A stretch of DNA of 32,000 bases from Parcubacteria group bacterium GW2011_GWA2_38_13b (lineage in GTDB: Bacteria > Patescibacteriota > Minisyncoccia > GWA2-38-13b). A program made the position numbers and the translations under genes. The stretch covers positions 94,393 through 126,392 of the forward strand of contig LBUF02000001.1 of assembly GCA_000992445.2 (NCBI GenBank), read 5' to 3'. Below, piece by piece: positions 31,470-32,000 of the stretch (position 1 is the first letter of the stretch; every line of letters begins with the position of its first letter). Under the pieces are notes generated by a model, which was given only the letters and a program-made list of their open reading frames with translations, ran no database searches and had not been told where the DNA came from.

Positions 31470-31868
31470 ATGTTCATATTTAATTTTTTCATCAAATCTG
31501 CCGAAGCGGTAAGCGGAGTGGGCGCGCTGGGAATGGTTCCCACCATCGGCGTTCTCTATTGTCTTTTCCTAAAAGCGCTTTATTGGTTTTTTTCTTTTTC
31601 TTTAATAATAGCGATCGTCTATGCGATTTCAGTGGGAATCAGCATACTAACCTCTGGAGGCAATGCTGATACAAAAAAAACATCGTTAAATAAATTATAT
31701 TTTGTTGCGATTGGCGTAATGGTTATTCTCGCGGCAAGAATAATAGTTGAACGAGTTATACCGAAATTTTTAGGATTGGGCGAGCTAAATATTGAATCGG
31801 GAAGTCTTTCGTCCGGCATACTTGATTGGCTTTTTGGCATAAATCTTTGCGAATTATTAGGAGTTTAA
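31470..31868 (+). CDS. VirB2/TrbC-like pilin-type protein, paralog 5
   Basis: 132 aa with YCLFLKALYWFFSFSLIIAI, the loop SILTSGGNADTKKTSLNK, and helix YFVAIGVMVILAARIIV. Confidence 0.55.
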   Translation: MFIFNFFIKSAEAVSGVGALGMVPTIGVLYCLFLKALYWFFSFSLIIAIVYAISVGISILTSGGNADTKKTSLNKLYFVAIGVMVILAARIIVERVIPKFLGLGELNIESGSLSSGILDWLFGINLCELLGV

Positions 31869-31884
31869 AGGTCGCTTAACCAAG

Positions 31885-31930
31885 TCCCCACGCCTTTCCG
31901 TAAAAAAATGTTTACGAAAAGGCGTGGGGA
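31885..31930 (+). terminator. Long hairpin after the pilin-like array (possible terminator or processing site)
   Basis: TCCCCACGCCTTTCCGTAAA (31885-31904) pairs with TTTACGAAAAGGCGTGGGGA (31911-31930). That is 20 bp with one mismatch and a 6-nt loop. No strong T-run follows. Confidence 0.4.
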
Positions 31931-32000
31931 TAAATAAAAGCAAAAATCAAATAAAAGTATCGTTAAACAACTTGCTTTTATATCATTTTTCTTTTATAAT

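Noticed and set aside
1-32000. CRISPR arrays, rRNA genes, IS elements and toxin-antitoxin pairs
   Set aside because: I found no regularly spaced direct repeats with unique spacers, no rRNA-like conserved blocks, no transposase-like ORFs with terminal inverted repeats, and no small two-gene overlapping cassettes with TA-like features.

Overview
This is a densely coded, AT-rich bacterial chromosomal window using the standard genetic code; TAA, TGA and TAG all act as stops. I cannot assign taxonomy from sequence alone.

The left half (about 2.7-17.1 kb) is a redox island made of these units:
- an NAD(P)-malic enzyme
- a self-contained hydE-hydG ([FeFe]-hydrogenase maturase) unit with its own promoter/operator and terminator
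- an sdhCAB-fumAB operon joined by three consecutive ATGA overlaps
- a TrmB-HTH/PAS regulator
- a divergent five-gene group-3b-type [NiFe] hydrogenase operon (beta, gamma, small and large subunits plus endopeptidase)

The middle part holds tdh, a decayed archaeal-type UMP kinase remnant, a serine hydrolase and a methyltransferase. A 5'-truncated XRE gene abuts tRNA-Ala(CGC). After that come a DUF11-like surface protein, rpsA, an MBL-fold hydrolase, gyrA, a second methyltransferase and an orphan membrane-anchored solute-binding protein.

The right edge (29.3-31.9 kb) is a tandem array of five paralogous small genes. Each encodes a signal peptide, a variable head and a two-helix VirB2/TrbC-like pilin core. 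One carries cysteine-rich display modules. This array is my best candidate for a poorly described system, but the window ends before any partner genes.

Other signals are a GC-rich palindromic REP-like element at three loci, an unannotated 47-aa membrane peptide gene, several near-consensus promoters with palindromic or repeated operators, and many intrinsic terminators. I saw no CRISPR array, integrase, transposase or rRNA.
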